In this document: piece by piece, positions 52,501-64,000 of the stretch | Layout of the letters: the number at the start of each line of letters is the position of its first letter | Numbering within the stretch: position 1 is the stretch's first letter | The notes under the pieces: model-generated | Database searches by the model: none | What the model was told of the DNA's origin: nothing | The model's input: the letters and a program-made list of their open reading frames with translations, nothing else | Translations under genes and position numbers: made by a program | Origin: Vicugna vicugna | Taxonomy: Eukaryota | DNA: 64,000 nucleotides | Reading direction: 5' to 3' | Assembly (NCBI GenBank): GCA_013265495.1 | Contig: MU058636.1 | Span: 8,391,425 to 8,455,424, forward strand

Positions 52501-53635
52501 CTAAGATGAATTTCTAATTACAGGAATTCAACATTTTTACTATTAGAGATTCTTTCTTCTTGCTGTCCCCATTTGACATGAGAGTTCCTGCTTTCCTTAA
52601 AGTTACTGAAAAATGTCACTTCTTCTCCAAATGCATGCACCTGGTAAAGGTTTTTATTTGCTATAATTTTGTTACATGCAAACTAATCTTGGAGTACTAT
52701 GTTAGAACTGTGAGGGGACAAAAATGGAAAAGACTTTGTCTTCTTATTTTAACAAATGTCCAACATTCTTCACATTTTTATTCTTGTTACCAGAGATACC
52801 CATACTTGTGGAAAAAGTAGAATTAGACAAGTCACAGGACCTAAAATCATGTCTACGTGTATGACCTACACAGGGGTTTGGACATGATAGCCTCCTGGTA
52901 TGTAGTGAACAACAGAGAAGTGACCTCATTAGAAAGAGTTCTAGGGAGGTAAATCATTCAAGCAGACATAGAGACTAATTCTATGGTTCTTATTCCAGAG
53001 AAAAATAAATAAGGCCTATGCTAGTTAATGGAAGCTTTCATCTTAAATGAGGAAAGAATTTTTAGTTCTTTAAATCAGCTTTAAATTTTCATAGAAACAC
53101 ACACAGGCAGTTATATATTTTTGACTTTAGCAAATCATTTTCGGTTTAAGTAAAATTAACTCTTTAGTAAGCATACATTGGTTAAAATAATAATAATAAC
53201 AGATATCACTCTAATGGGTATATTCATGTACATCAGCAGTGTTTTGAATCCATACACAAAGTAAAATGTAGTAAGAAAACCTTATCTTGGGTGGAAGTTG
53301 ATGGTTCTGGTACAGTAAAACGACTTTGATAGCCAAGCAGCATAAAACCATGGGGCTGTAAATTAATATTTCTTCAGTGTGACACTTTGGGAACCTCAAT
53401 TTTGGAACAGATTGTGTTAATTTTGCAACTGTATTTAAGCATCTATCAGCACATATTTTTACCGTGCAGCAACGGCTTTTTCTCCAGCTTTTTCCAACCC
53501 CAAGTCTTACAAGGTTAATAGCTAAGGGGTAATTGTGAAGAATAAACAAATCATTTGCTTAGGTTGACCCACATTTTGGATATTTCTGTTTGGACAAAAG
53601 CCCAGTTGAAGGGTTGGAGTTCAGTTAACTCCTCT

Positions 53636-54205
53636 GGGTGGTCCCGTTTCCTGGTGCTGCTGAACACACCGTTCCAAACTTAGTGGCATGAAATAGCAAT
53701 TGAGTCGTTACACTCGTGATTTCTATGAGTCAGGGATTCCGACAGTGCACAGTGGGGACTGCTTATAATCTGTGCTGCTCTGTAATGTCTGCAGCTTCGG
53801 CTGGGAAGACCCGAGTGGCTGGGGTGACTCCAATGACTGCCAGCTGCCACTTGGAACACCTTGTGCTGGAGGAAGCCCCACTTCCAAGACACTGTCTTTG
53901 CTCACATGTCCAGCTCATTGGCAGATGATAGAAAGGCTAAGCGAAGCTGGGACTGTCAGCTGGAGCATCTCCCTGTGGCCTCTCCAACATGGGGGCCTCA
54001 GAGTAGTTGGACTTTGTACAGGACAGCTCAGCATTCCCTCTAACAAGCAAAATATGCTTGGTTTTTTAACGAGCTGACTCAGAGCGCACATGGCGATCTT
54101 CTGCCGCATATGCTAACAATTCAAACTGTCCCAAGTCAGCCCAAATGTAAGAGGTGAGCTCAGACACTCCACCCCTCAATGACAGGAGGATAAAAATACT
54201 TCTGA
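53636..54205 (-). mobile_element. MaLR MLT1-type solo LTR
   Basis: gtttcctggtgctgctgaaca...ccaaacttagtggcatgaaa start; tggcctctccaacatgg; cagacactccacccctcaatg. Confidence 0.75.
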
Positions 54206-54789
54206 CAATGGGAGAATGGCATTGAGGCTCTGGGACTTCTGGTAGACCTAGAAACGTGTACCTAGTCCTCTAACCTGTGGTTATTTTAGATGATGTATGT
54301 GGAAGCACTACATACCTGATACCTTCACTTTCTATCTTATTTTTAGAAAATCTTCAGAAAATCATCATGCTGATCACAGTGCTTTGACTTTCTGTACTCC
54401 TAGATGGCATTTCTCTGTAGAATTTTGCAGCTTGGATTAAATAGAGTGTAAAACATCCATCCACAGGCAAGGAATGCTTTGAGGTTTTTGAACTAAGGAC
54501 ACAGGTTTTAACAATGGAAGAAAATTTAGAAAATATTTGGAAAATCTTGATACAGAATTCTAAACTGGATGGCTTTAGTATTTGAGCATCATATTGCAGA
54601 TTGAAATGTCTGACCTCTAGTGGTTGCAGCTAAATTTTGCAACTATGAACTGTTACACATTTTTAGAGATGCATCTTCACAAAGTATTTCAAGCTGTTCG
54701 ACACTATCACAAACGGTAGACTTTGTCATTTGTCCATTGCTAGTATATGTAAATAAAATTAACCTTGTGTTACATGATCTTGGATATTT

Positions 54790-55630
54790 ACTTTATATCG
54801 TTGTTACTGATTGCTACCTAATTTCAGTTTTGTCATGGAACATACTATGTATGATTTCAACCCTTTGATAGTAACTGTGACTTTTTATGGTCCAGCGTAT
54901 GTTTTTGCTTGGTAAGTTTTCATGTCAGCAAATGTTAAATTCCTTAATATCCTTTTCAATTGTGTGATTAGTTATATTTTTAACCAATTCTTGAGAGAGG
55001 AGTGTTGAGAACTGTTCTGATCAGTACACCCAGAGGCAGTATGATTGTCCACGTAGGAATTTATTTGGATGTTGAGACAGATAACACATGCCATTACCAA
55101 TAAAAAAAGAGCAAAGTTCACTTAGTATTCGCAACAATGGAGGGATTCCCAGTAGAAAGGCTCACCATGGATCTGATAGGTAGGTGAGCAGATGAAGAAG
55201 GGGGTGGATTTTACTGTGTTAGGAGGTAAGATCTAAAGGGTGGGAGGTTCCCCTAGAGAATACTTTATTTGAAATCTCAGCAAGACAGCCCACCTTTGGT
55301 CCTTCTTTATAGAGCCCACAGGTGGTCCTGGTGGGGGTAGGGGGAGGTGGGGGAGAAGAGATAAGCATCTTGACTGCCAAACTTCTAACTATTCTGATTT
55401 GTTTACTCCTTAATTCAGCTCGCTCCATTTTTGTTTCATGTGTTTTGAAGCTCTGATATTAAGTAAACTTATTTAGGATTTCTGTCCTCTTCATGAATTG
55501 ACCCTTTGATCATTATGAATTATAAATCTTTATCTCTGATGTTTCTTCTTGTTTTGAATTTTGCTTTATCAATTATTATATTAGCAACACCAGCGTTCTG
55601 TTGATTGTGATTAAATAGCATATTTTTTCT
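54790..55630 (-). mobile_element. Old L1M fragment apparently interrupted by an LTR-like insert (~55015-55385)
   Basis: L1 antisense phrases gagagaggagtgttga / ttttgaagctctgatatt...gaattgaccctttgatcattatgaa flank a GC-richer segment. Confidence 0.55.
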
Positions 55631-55734
55631 TTTCTATGTCTTTATGTTTTTTCTTCTTTTTTCCAGCTTTATGTAGATATGATTGACATATAACATGATG
55701 TAAATTTAAGGTATACAGTGTGATCTTATATATA

Positions 55735-55753
55735 TGTGTGTGTGTGTGTGTGT
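55735..55753. repeat. (TG)n microsatellite
   Basis: Seen directly. Confidence 0.9.
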
Positions 55754-55964
55754 ATACCTACATAAATTGTACGTTGATTTTGTATCCCAAAATTTAAATG
55801 AGTTTGTTGATTAGTTCTACAGGTTTTTTGTGGAGTCTTTAGAATTTGCTGTGAGTTTTATTGATAAAATAACAAATCCATGATGTAGCAGATGAAAATA
55901 TTTTTGTTAAAGTTTTAGTAGCTAAGATCCTAAAAGGTGACTTTTAACTTCTGTATATAGCCAG

Positions 55965-56078
55965 TGCTAAACCTTTAAAAATGTGAGAGTTTTATACTTC
56001 CATAAGGAAAATTTAAATGTGAGGCTTTAAATGCTAAACCTTTAAAAATGTGAGAGTTTTATACTTCCATAAGGAAAA
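55965..56078. repeat. Perfect 47-bp direct duplication with 20-nt spacer
   Basis: tgctaaacctttaaaaatgtgagagttttatacttccataaggaaaa at 55965-56011 and 56032-56078. Confidence 0.95.
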
Positions 56079-56738
56079 AATATTTTGACCATTTGGGCTC
56101 TAAAGTACTATTATATGAAACATCTACATCACTTCTTGTTGGCCCTAACTGCACATTAGAATGACCTGAAGAACTTTTAAAAACACAGCTGGCCAGACCA
56201 CCGCCCCAGAAAATAAAAAATCAATCCGGAGAAACAATAATAAACAGTCAGGATTGAGAATCGCTTGTTCAGGTGTTCTGACCCAAAGTGTATTAATTGA
56301 ATTTTGTTGTTGTTATTTTAAGTTATCCAAAGAAATGCTTTCAGCTTTTAATTAATAAGCACGTAAAAATCTCTTCAACATATAAAATACTTAGAACTCA
56401 GTACATGGACAGTGTTTTTTGAGATTAGGTCAAAATAATGCAATTAGATTAGGTAATTCTTAGAATTGCTTTTGATTCAGACAGTGTTCCATCACTACAC
56501 ATGGTTGAAAGGGATGAAAAGTGAGATGAAGGGTGTTTGGGGTTTCCTGTGAACTGAAGTGACCCAAACCATCAAATCTAAAGCACAGAAAGGAGTTTAA
56601 AAAAAGGCTGAGTAGGAAAATTCATCCCGGGTGTGTTCTCAGAGACCAACAGACACACGCTTTCCTTCCCTTCCAAAATTTTTAATGTCCTCCACTCTTT
56701 GACATAGCCTGAAATCCAACTGTATGAAAGTGGTTTTT

Positions 56739-56763
56739 TGTTGTTGTTGTTGTTGTTGTTGTT
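56739..56763. repeat. (TTG)n microsatellite
   Basis: Seen directly. Confidence 0.9.
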
Positions 56764-58322
56764 TTTTCAAAGAATTTCATCTGTTAAGGTACAGATTCTC
56801 CAAGAAGCAGGAGTGAAACTTTAACTGATTATTTTTTAAGGTAAAAATGAGTTTTTTACCTTACATATTTTAAAGAGGCTTCTACATCCTTATGCCTCAA
56901 TTTTCTTAGCTGACTAATCAGCTAATAATAGCTGCCCTTTCAAGCCCTCGGAGATGTTTCAGGAGTTATTTTTTAAAGTAAGAGCAAATTTTAAAGTAAA
57001 TGTCCAAATGGAATAAATTCAGTGCCTTTTCAAGGTTGACAGAAGTGAATAATACTCAAAATTGCCAACTCTGTATTTATATCAAGTGAGACCTTCAAAA
57101 GGCAGTAGGAGATACCTGTTTTTCAGTCTTGACAGACATGGCAGTTGACCTCAAGAAACTGCAGTGGCACCAAAAATAACAGTGAAAATGCCCAGCGTTG
57201 TTTTTGTTAAAGTGGAATGTGTGTAACTGTACAATTTTTATATTGTGCAGCAGGTGAAGGAAGATTTGGAGTCAGAGGACTAAGACCTCTCTTGGGGGAG
57301 GAAAGTGCATAGATGTACCCGCTCAACTGACTCAGATAATCAACTCTGGGGAGATACAGAGAGAGCCCAGCTGTAGAGGAGAAAGGGCAGGTCAAACAGA
57401 CAAAAGACAGAGTACTTGTTGAATAATTTCACTGTTAGGGTTGCACTGTTAGGTTATGATGACCCTAGGATGCTAAACTGACAAGTCTTCAAAATGGAAC
57501 ATTTCCAAATAAAGAGGAAAAATATCCGTATATACACATAGGAATATTATTCAATAATGCATCAGGATCATATACAAAAATTTTACGTATTTGTTTGTAA
57601 ATAAATGTGCATTGAGCTTTAAAAATCTCTTTTTAGTATTTTGTCGAGAAAGGTACAAGATATTTTGTTGTCGAGGTACGGTTTGGTTTTTGAGTTTTGA
57701 CTTTTGGACGCCAGGAGACATAGGTAGTTGAGACCGACTTTAACGTAAGGAGTACCTGACAGGGTTTCTGTTCTGCTGATGTGCCCTGAAAAAGCAACTT
57801 TGCGCTATATCCCTTCTTATCATGTAATATGCACAGTCCAAAGGAGTTTCTGATTACTCTGCATGATGAATTTGAGGGTAAAGCTTTATATAACCACGTT
57901 ATGAGATTGCCTTACATTGAGGCTGAGGTGTTCGCTTAAGGTCTTGGCAGGTCTTCTCCGTCTGCCACTGTGGGTACCCAGAGGAAACGAATCCCAGGAG
58001 TATGTCAAAATCAGTGTTGCTAATTTTGTTGGGGATCATGTTACCATAGTAATATATTCCCTGTGGCTTATAAAAGACTTATTTTGCTTATGTGCTATTT
58101 CTATTTTATTCAAAATGAAATAGAGATAAAGTTAGGAAAATGCGCTTCTTTAACGTTCAGTCTTAACGATAATCTCAGATAGAATGATAAAGGTCATCAA
58201 TGCCTATCTCTCTTTAGCAACTTTCTTTTACTATGTGTTGCCTCCTCAGCCCAGCAGCATCGTCAGAATGATCATGTGAGTGGGAATTAGTGCCTGTGTA
58301 TATTTTGTTTGCCTTTTTGATT

Positions 58323-58740
58323 TGTGGTTTCCTGAAGGGGGTGGGGCCACAGGATCGATTCCACGCCTTAGATTTGGTCTGGATGGCAAGACTGGTGATT
58401 CCACACATGCGCAAAGAGAGCATAAAGACGTGTATGACTTACACAAAGAGGCTTTCTCTGGAAAGCAGGGCAGGGTCCCGAGAAGGTTCAAGAGTGATTT
58501 AAAAGAGTAGGAAGGGGAAACTGACTTTGACTTTTATTGAAGTTAGAGTGTGGGGCCAGGGTGAGTGGTCTCACATCAGGTCCTGGGTATGCTCGGTTTG
58601 AATTTCCCACCAGCGCCAGGGGAAAGGGCTTGTGCGCTTTCTTACTGGCTTATCTAGATGCCAGTCAAGAGGAAAAAGGGAGGGGCGGGGCTTGAAAGCT
58701 GTTAGCAGTGAAACCTCAAAAGTGGAGTCAGACTATTTAT
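58323..58740 (-). mobile_element. ERV1-class solo LTR (MER89/MER90-like, family uncertain)
   Basis: On - strand starts ...agtctgactccacttttgagg...acagctttcaagccccgcccctccc, has AATAAA, ends ...ccaCA. Confidence 0.6.
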
Positions 58741-59443
58741 AGTCTTTTAATTGCATCTTTTAAGCAGGCAGTAAAGACATGAGTGGACATTATGTGTGTG
58801 TGGGTGTAAATGTGTATGTACAGGAATACAAATGTCAATAAATGATAATGACAGTAGGATACCTTTCTGTACCAGCAGTGAAGACAGGTGAGGCATTGCC
58901 AAATTTCAGGCAGGTCTCTCTATTTTTCCTACTCTTTTCCTGTTCTTCCTTCCTTTTTCTTCCTAGTGGATTGATGAGAATGATGTTCATGAAACATTCT
59001 CCACATAGGGAAGGTTAAGGCTCCTACCTTGTTCTGTTTTATTTATTGCTTTCTTTTTTAAAAACCTCACCCCACGTGGCATTCCTCTTATTCTTATAGA
59101 AACTTAATTAACTGTTAATAGATGGTGTGGTAGGAAAAATGTACAATGTTTTGTTCTGTCTGCAGGTGCATTATGAATTTACACAAATAGTGTTTTGCAA
59201 TAGATTTGTGTATTTTTAACTGAATACCATGGTTTTAAATTGATCCAGGTAGCTATATGTAGATTTAGTCTGTTACTTCTGACAGACTTATGCTTGTAAG
59301 ACAATGAGTTATCCATTCCCTTAGTGATAAACATCTAGAAATCTCTTGCTTAGCCTGTGCCTTTTCAATAATGTCCTAGGTTACCATTTTCCCCCAAATC
59401 CTCACTTGAAATTAAACATGTTTTCTTCTCCAAGGCTCTATCA

Positions 59444-59491
59444 GTGTGTGTGTGTGTGTGTGTGTGTGTCTGTGAGGGAGAGAGAGAGAGG

Positions 59492-59528
<37 letters not shown>

Positions 59529-59604
59529 TGCGACAGAGAGAGAGAGCACGCACGCAAGTGAGCACACCAGAGAGACAGAAAGACAGAAAAACAGAGAGAG
59601 AGAG
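59444..59604. repeat. Compound (GT)n-(GA)n microsatellite
   Basis: Seen directly. Confidence 0.95.
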
Positions 59605-62600
59605 ATTCTGGCATCTTTCAGTGTCTCTCCTGCTTCTGTGGCATCTGTAGGTTGAGTTCAGACAAGAGATCCACCAGGAAATGTTTGTTGAGCACATTTT
59701 TGTACCTCAAAGAACTTTCAAACACTTGACTTCATTTGATTCTCATAATTCAGTAAGTCAAGTGCTATGATTAACTCCATTTTATTGCTAAGGCAACAAG
59801 CTCTTGTGAAGGGAAGTTAGAATAAATCCTAAATGATGGGTTCTGGAGTAATACTTAAAAGCTTCTGACTTTGCACACCACTTTAGATTAGCCAGAATAT
59901 GTCACTACCAACCAAATTGTGATAAATGGGTCCCAGGTTGCACTAGACTTTTTATTAGAGCCCTGGTGCTTATTAGTACCCAGGACAAAGTCACCAAGGA
60001 GACGAAATACTATAAATTATCACAGAATATAAATTCATTCTTAAAATTCCTGAATTTGACATGAGATCAGTGTTACGCCTATCATACTACACCTGGTGTG
60101 ATCTAAGCCTGATTTAATTGTAGCCATGAGGTATCAGCCTAGCACGGGGTCACATCAGGTTCTGAGCAACCCCAATCAGATCTCATATGTTTATACAGGA
60201 AGCTCTAAAATATAGCATTTAACCGGCATTAGGTTCCATTCAGTAGAATTCCACAGGGCTGGTCATGTGGCTAAGACTTAAGATGCTGGCTTAGGAATCT
60301 GGAAACTTGGATTCCAGAGTCACTTCCATCTCTAACCTGCTGTGTAACCTTGCAAATGTAATTTCACTTCACAAGACCTCAGCTGAAATTAGAGTGCTGG
60401 AAATGCTTTGAAATATCCCCTTCAACTTGAAATTCTATAGCTACAGTACCTTGTTAATGTAGGTGCGATAACTCTTAACTATTCTCCTGAAGAAGGAATT
60501 CAGAATGATAATTTTTATCTTCACACATATTGGTACAAGTCAGAAGTGCCACTGCTTCTCTAGTTTTTTGACAAATGATTTTTATGCACTTGTGTCTTCA
60601 CTGAAGCTGTAGGTGAAAAGATGCATCATCTGCTCCTTCATACGTGTCTGAGATTCCTCTCACTAGCAGCATTCCTAAATTTAAGCCCTTGGTTCCCCTC
60701 GGCTACCATGGACAAAAGAGAACAGTAGCGAGAAGCTCAAAGCATGTAGGATGTGAAAGAAAGATGGTGGAGAGTTTGTTTTTCACAGCAGAGAGTGTGT
60801 GATGCTTTCCTATAAAACCCAAGCATCTAGGACATGAATTCTACTGGCTGTGTGACACTGGCCACTTTTTAACCTTTTAACCCTCAGTTTCACCATCTTT
60901 ACATATTTACACGTATTATTTGCATATATTTAAAGTGAATATTTTTAAAAGATCTGCGGGATCTGAATCCCTTCTTGTAGCTTTTCTTATTCTATTCAGT
61001 ATTAATATCTCTTATAGGGAACTTCATGGTACTGATTAACAGAGAGAACGGAAAACTCGTCAAAGTCCATCACTGTAAACAAATACATCACCTGAGTTTG
61101 ATGCCACTGCCAAACGTGTCGCCAATGGGAAGAGCAACCTTTGATCATCTCCACTGAACGGGGAGCCAGGCTGTGGTTATCCCCTGCCTATGACACAGAC
61201 GTGCAGGCGGCAGTGCACAGACTCACACTCAGACATATGTCCCAGGGTCAAAATCAGCTGGAAGTCATCCTTGTACCACTCTCTTTTCGAGTGGAGTTCA
61301 CACTTCTCCCTTCCAGACTCACAAACAAAGTGTTTAGGAGCTGGACCCATCCCGTGGTGTCTCTTTTGTGAAACAATTCTCTCAGAGATGTCAACATGCT
61401 GGAGAGAGGTTGAAAAGAGACAGAGTGCTATTGTAATAACCTATGGGAGAAGACTTACAGCTGTGACAATCAACATTACGTCTCCACTCGAGTCAGGTCA
61501 AGAGAGCATTCCTACAGGAGGAAGAAGCCACCATTGACCCTAAGTACTGGTGGCCGGAGTAGGTGAGAGGATGTGGGAGGATGGCAGAGAGGAACAGACA
61601 AAGGGCATCTGTGCCCCTGTTTGTTCTCTTCCAAGCAGCCAGGAACCAATTCTCGTCAATAGCTGGAATCATCCTGCACAGGGCTTGGCGAAACTATACT
61701 AGTCGTTTTATTTTAGAGTCAGGCAAAGGCTGTGTATCAAAAATTTCATAACAGAAATCTTCAAAATATGACATTTTATAAATGCAAACAAAAGCAGCAT
61801 TTGTTAACTTTGCTCTCAGATCAAGTTTATAGAATAAATTTGTATACCTTCCTAAAACATCATGTCATGATAACAGAATCTGCCTTGACTGGATGGTGAG
61901 GCACCTGTTCTCTTTTATTCTTCTCCACACAAAGCTAATTTTGGCTTCTGGAGCTTTTGAGTCTTTCATCTGCTGCTATTACATGTATCACTTACCCAAA
62001 AATCAAATGATAGAAACCTTTATCAGAGTCTGCAATTATTGGTGGTGATGACATGAATCAATGAAACAGCATGGACGCTCAGGGAAGACAGAACAGATGT
62101 GAAAAGTTAGAGTAGGCATAGCTCCTTAAAATTCCTCTTCCTCTATTAATGGGAAATGCAGCAATTCGTATACATCTTTAATGAAAAGTGAACTTAATCT
62201 TTTTTTTGTCACATAGATTACTCCTGGGGCTAATTTCTGGGTGCATTTCTATAGACTCACGTGGTGACTCTACATGACTGTTCTATAGAGGCAGAAAACG
62301 AAGGGGAAAAATCGTTCTTTTTGTTTGTATTTATAAAGTGGTTCTCTGACAGTTTCTCTAATATGAGAGGAAATAATTACCATGATGGTAATTATATGTG
62401 TAAGGGACAATAGCCTATTAATCATAATTTCCTCCTAATGTTATTTTTAGTACAGTACTGCTATGTAAAATGCAAACAATGTAACTCCAGCTAGTGGAAA
62501 CATGGGGACTGGTGAAAAAGAAGGAACATCATGTCCCTCAGTTTACCATGACTGTCAGAACCAGCCCAAAAGTAGTTTTCTGAAAATCAGTTTGGGTTCT

Positions 62601-62704
62601 CAGTGAAACTGAATATATTCTGCATTTCATTTCTCTTACTGTCAAAGACTGGGATAAAATCAGAAGAGTACAGGCTTTGGGATTAAAAATACCTTAGTGC
62701 AAAC

Positions 62705-62753
62705 CTCAGCTCCACTACCTTCTAGCTCAGCTCCACTACCTCAGCTCCACTAC
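62705..62753. repeat. Three copies of ctcagctccactac within a MIR-like remnant
   Basis: Copies at 62705-62718, 62726-62739, 62740-62753. Confidence 0.85.
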
Positions 62754-63329
62754 GTTCTGATGATTCAGAACGATCAGAAAAAGTCTATAGGCATCAGTTT
62801 TGAATAAAATGGGAATGGAGTTTATCGCATCTAATTCTTGTGAAAATTATGAGATAAGGTGTTTATCCCAAGAAGTATTCATTTTTCCTCCAGCTTCTTT
62901 CTCTTCCCCTGTCTCCCTCCTCCTCCCCCCACCTTCTCCTGCTCCTCCTCCGTCTTCCTTCTTCCTCTCTTTGAAATGAGGCACACATGGTAAAATCCAT
63001 CTTCTTCCACAAACACAGCATTTGACACACAGCAAAGTATAAAAACCTTTCTCAGTCTCTTTTTCCTTCACCTACAAAACTAATTTATTAACAACTGTTA
63101 GGAGTTATATTAAATGAAATATGTGTGAAAGTCTCCTGATATGAGTAAGTTAAAAGATAGCTTTCTCTTCTTTCCTTCACGTCTTTGTTAAGTTTTCTTT
63201 AAAAACTGTGATCTTAGAAATCCATTGAGTTTGTATACATTCTACCGTATGTACTTCTTTGACTTATTGATAGAGGAAATCGAGGTGGTTAATGAACCTG
63301 GTATTATGAAGGGACATTTCAAACTTTGT

Positions 63330-63480
63330 TCAAAAATGTTTGTTAGGTATATGCTAATATCCTAAGCACTGGTCTAGGCACTAGACGTACGAGTGAACCC
63401 GATGGATAAAGCCCCTGTTTTATGGAGTGACGTTTTAGAGAGGAAGAGGCAGAAAATACACAGAGAAGCAACAAATAAGC
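63330..63480 (-). mobile_element. L2 3' end
   Basis: aagcactggtctaggcactaga...gccctgttttatggag. Confidence 0.55.
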
Positions 63481-64000
63481 AAGTTAGTGGCCAGGAAAAA
63501 GCTTAGATAGTCTAGTGACTTTTGAAACTATCGTGAAAATTGAGCGCTAGAAAATAACTTACTCAACTTCTTATAAAAATTAATGGATCCATTAACTCCT
63601 TTTGAATAAACATGTCATTGTCTTATACAATTTCTCTCTTTCTTTCTTTCCTGGTTCTAGCAACAGTTCTCATAGTACAACAATGCTGGTTTCAGTTGAT
63701 GCTTTCATTCAGCAAATGAATTAATCTCCTACTACTTACACCCCCTGGGTAGATTCTTAATCTCGAATTAAACAAATGACATCCTGCTCACCAGGATTAA
63801 GCTTCTCTCAGAAACACAATAAATCAAAGATGGGGCTGATTTTTCCCAGAAGGTATCGTGATGTAAGTGAAGTTTCTGCTCTCTTCCCAAATCCACCAGG
63901 AACCTGGAAAATCAATTATTTGAGGAAATCTTGCAACACACTGGAACTGCTCTGTTTCTATCCTTGTTAAATTGTTAACTTCCCTTCCTGTGTTTCTTCC

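Noticed and set aside
53680..54109. Cluster of overlapping ORFs on both strands
   Set aside because: Fall within a GC-richer MaLR LTR; no recognisable protein
55333..55353. G-rich tract as possible G-quadruplex
   Set aside because: Only three long G-runs plus GG, inside an LTR-like insert; no functional context
55965..56078. Repeat-spacer-repeat as CRISPR-like array
   Set aside because: Only two copies, mammalian DNA, no cas genes
59346..59697. ORFs with CVCV/RERE runs
   Set aside because: Translations of the (GT)n(GA)n microsatellite
46400..64000. Possible exons of the neighbouring gene (TRPC4 lies upstream of POSTN in human)
   Set aside because: No TRPC4-like coding sequence seen; probably beyond the window

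Overview
AT-rich mammalian genomic DNA containing the complete periostin gene (POSTN) on the minus strand. I traced 23 coding exons by hand from ATG 46321 to TGA 13277, all with GT-AG boundaries. They total 2511 nt (836 aa): signal peptide, EMI domain, four FAS1 domains and a modular C-terminal region. A TATA promoter lies at ~46390 and the 3'UTR ends near 12600. The rest is intronic or intergenic sequence with old repeats (L2, MIR, L3/CR1, L1M, MaLR/ERV LTRs, MER58A, Tigger1) and one younger 5'-truncated L1 with a target-site duplication. The repeat profile suggests a camelid (inference). Almost all supplied ORFs are spurious or partial exon read-throughs. The best non-obvious signals are in the alternatively spliced C-terminal region: a decayed 91-nt fossil exon in intron 21 encoding a periostin-type repeat, a hairpin pairing the exon 21 donor with a QKI motif, and a second cryptic exon candidate. 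I found no wholly new gene system. Repeat names and cross-species comparisons are from memory, and repeat boundaries are approximate.
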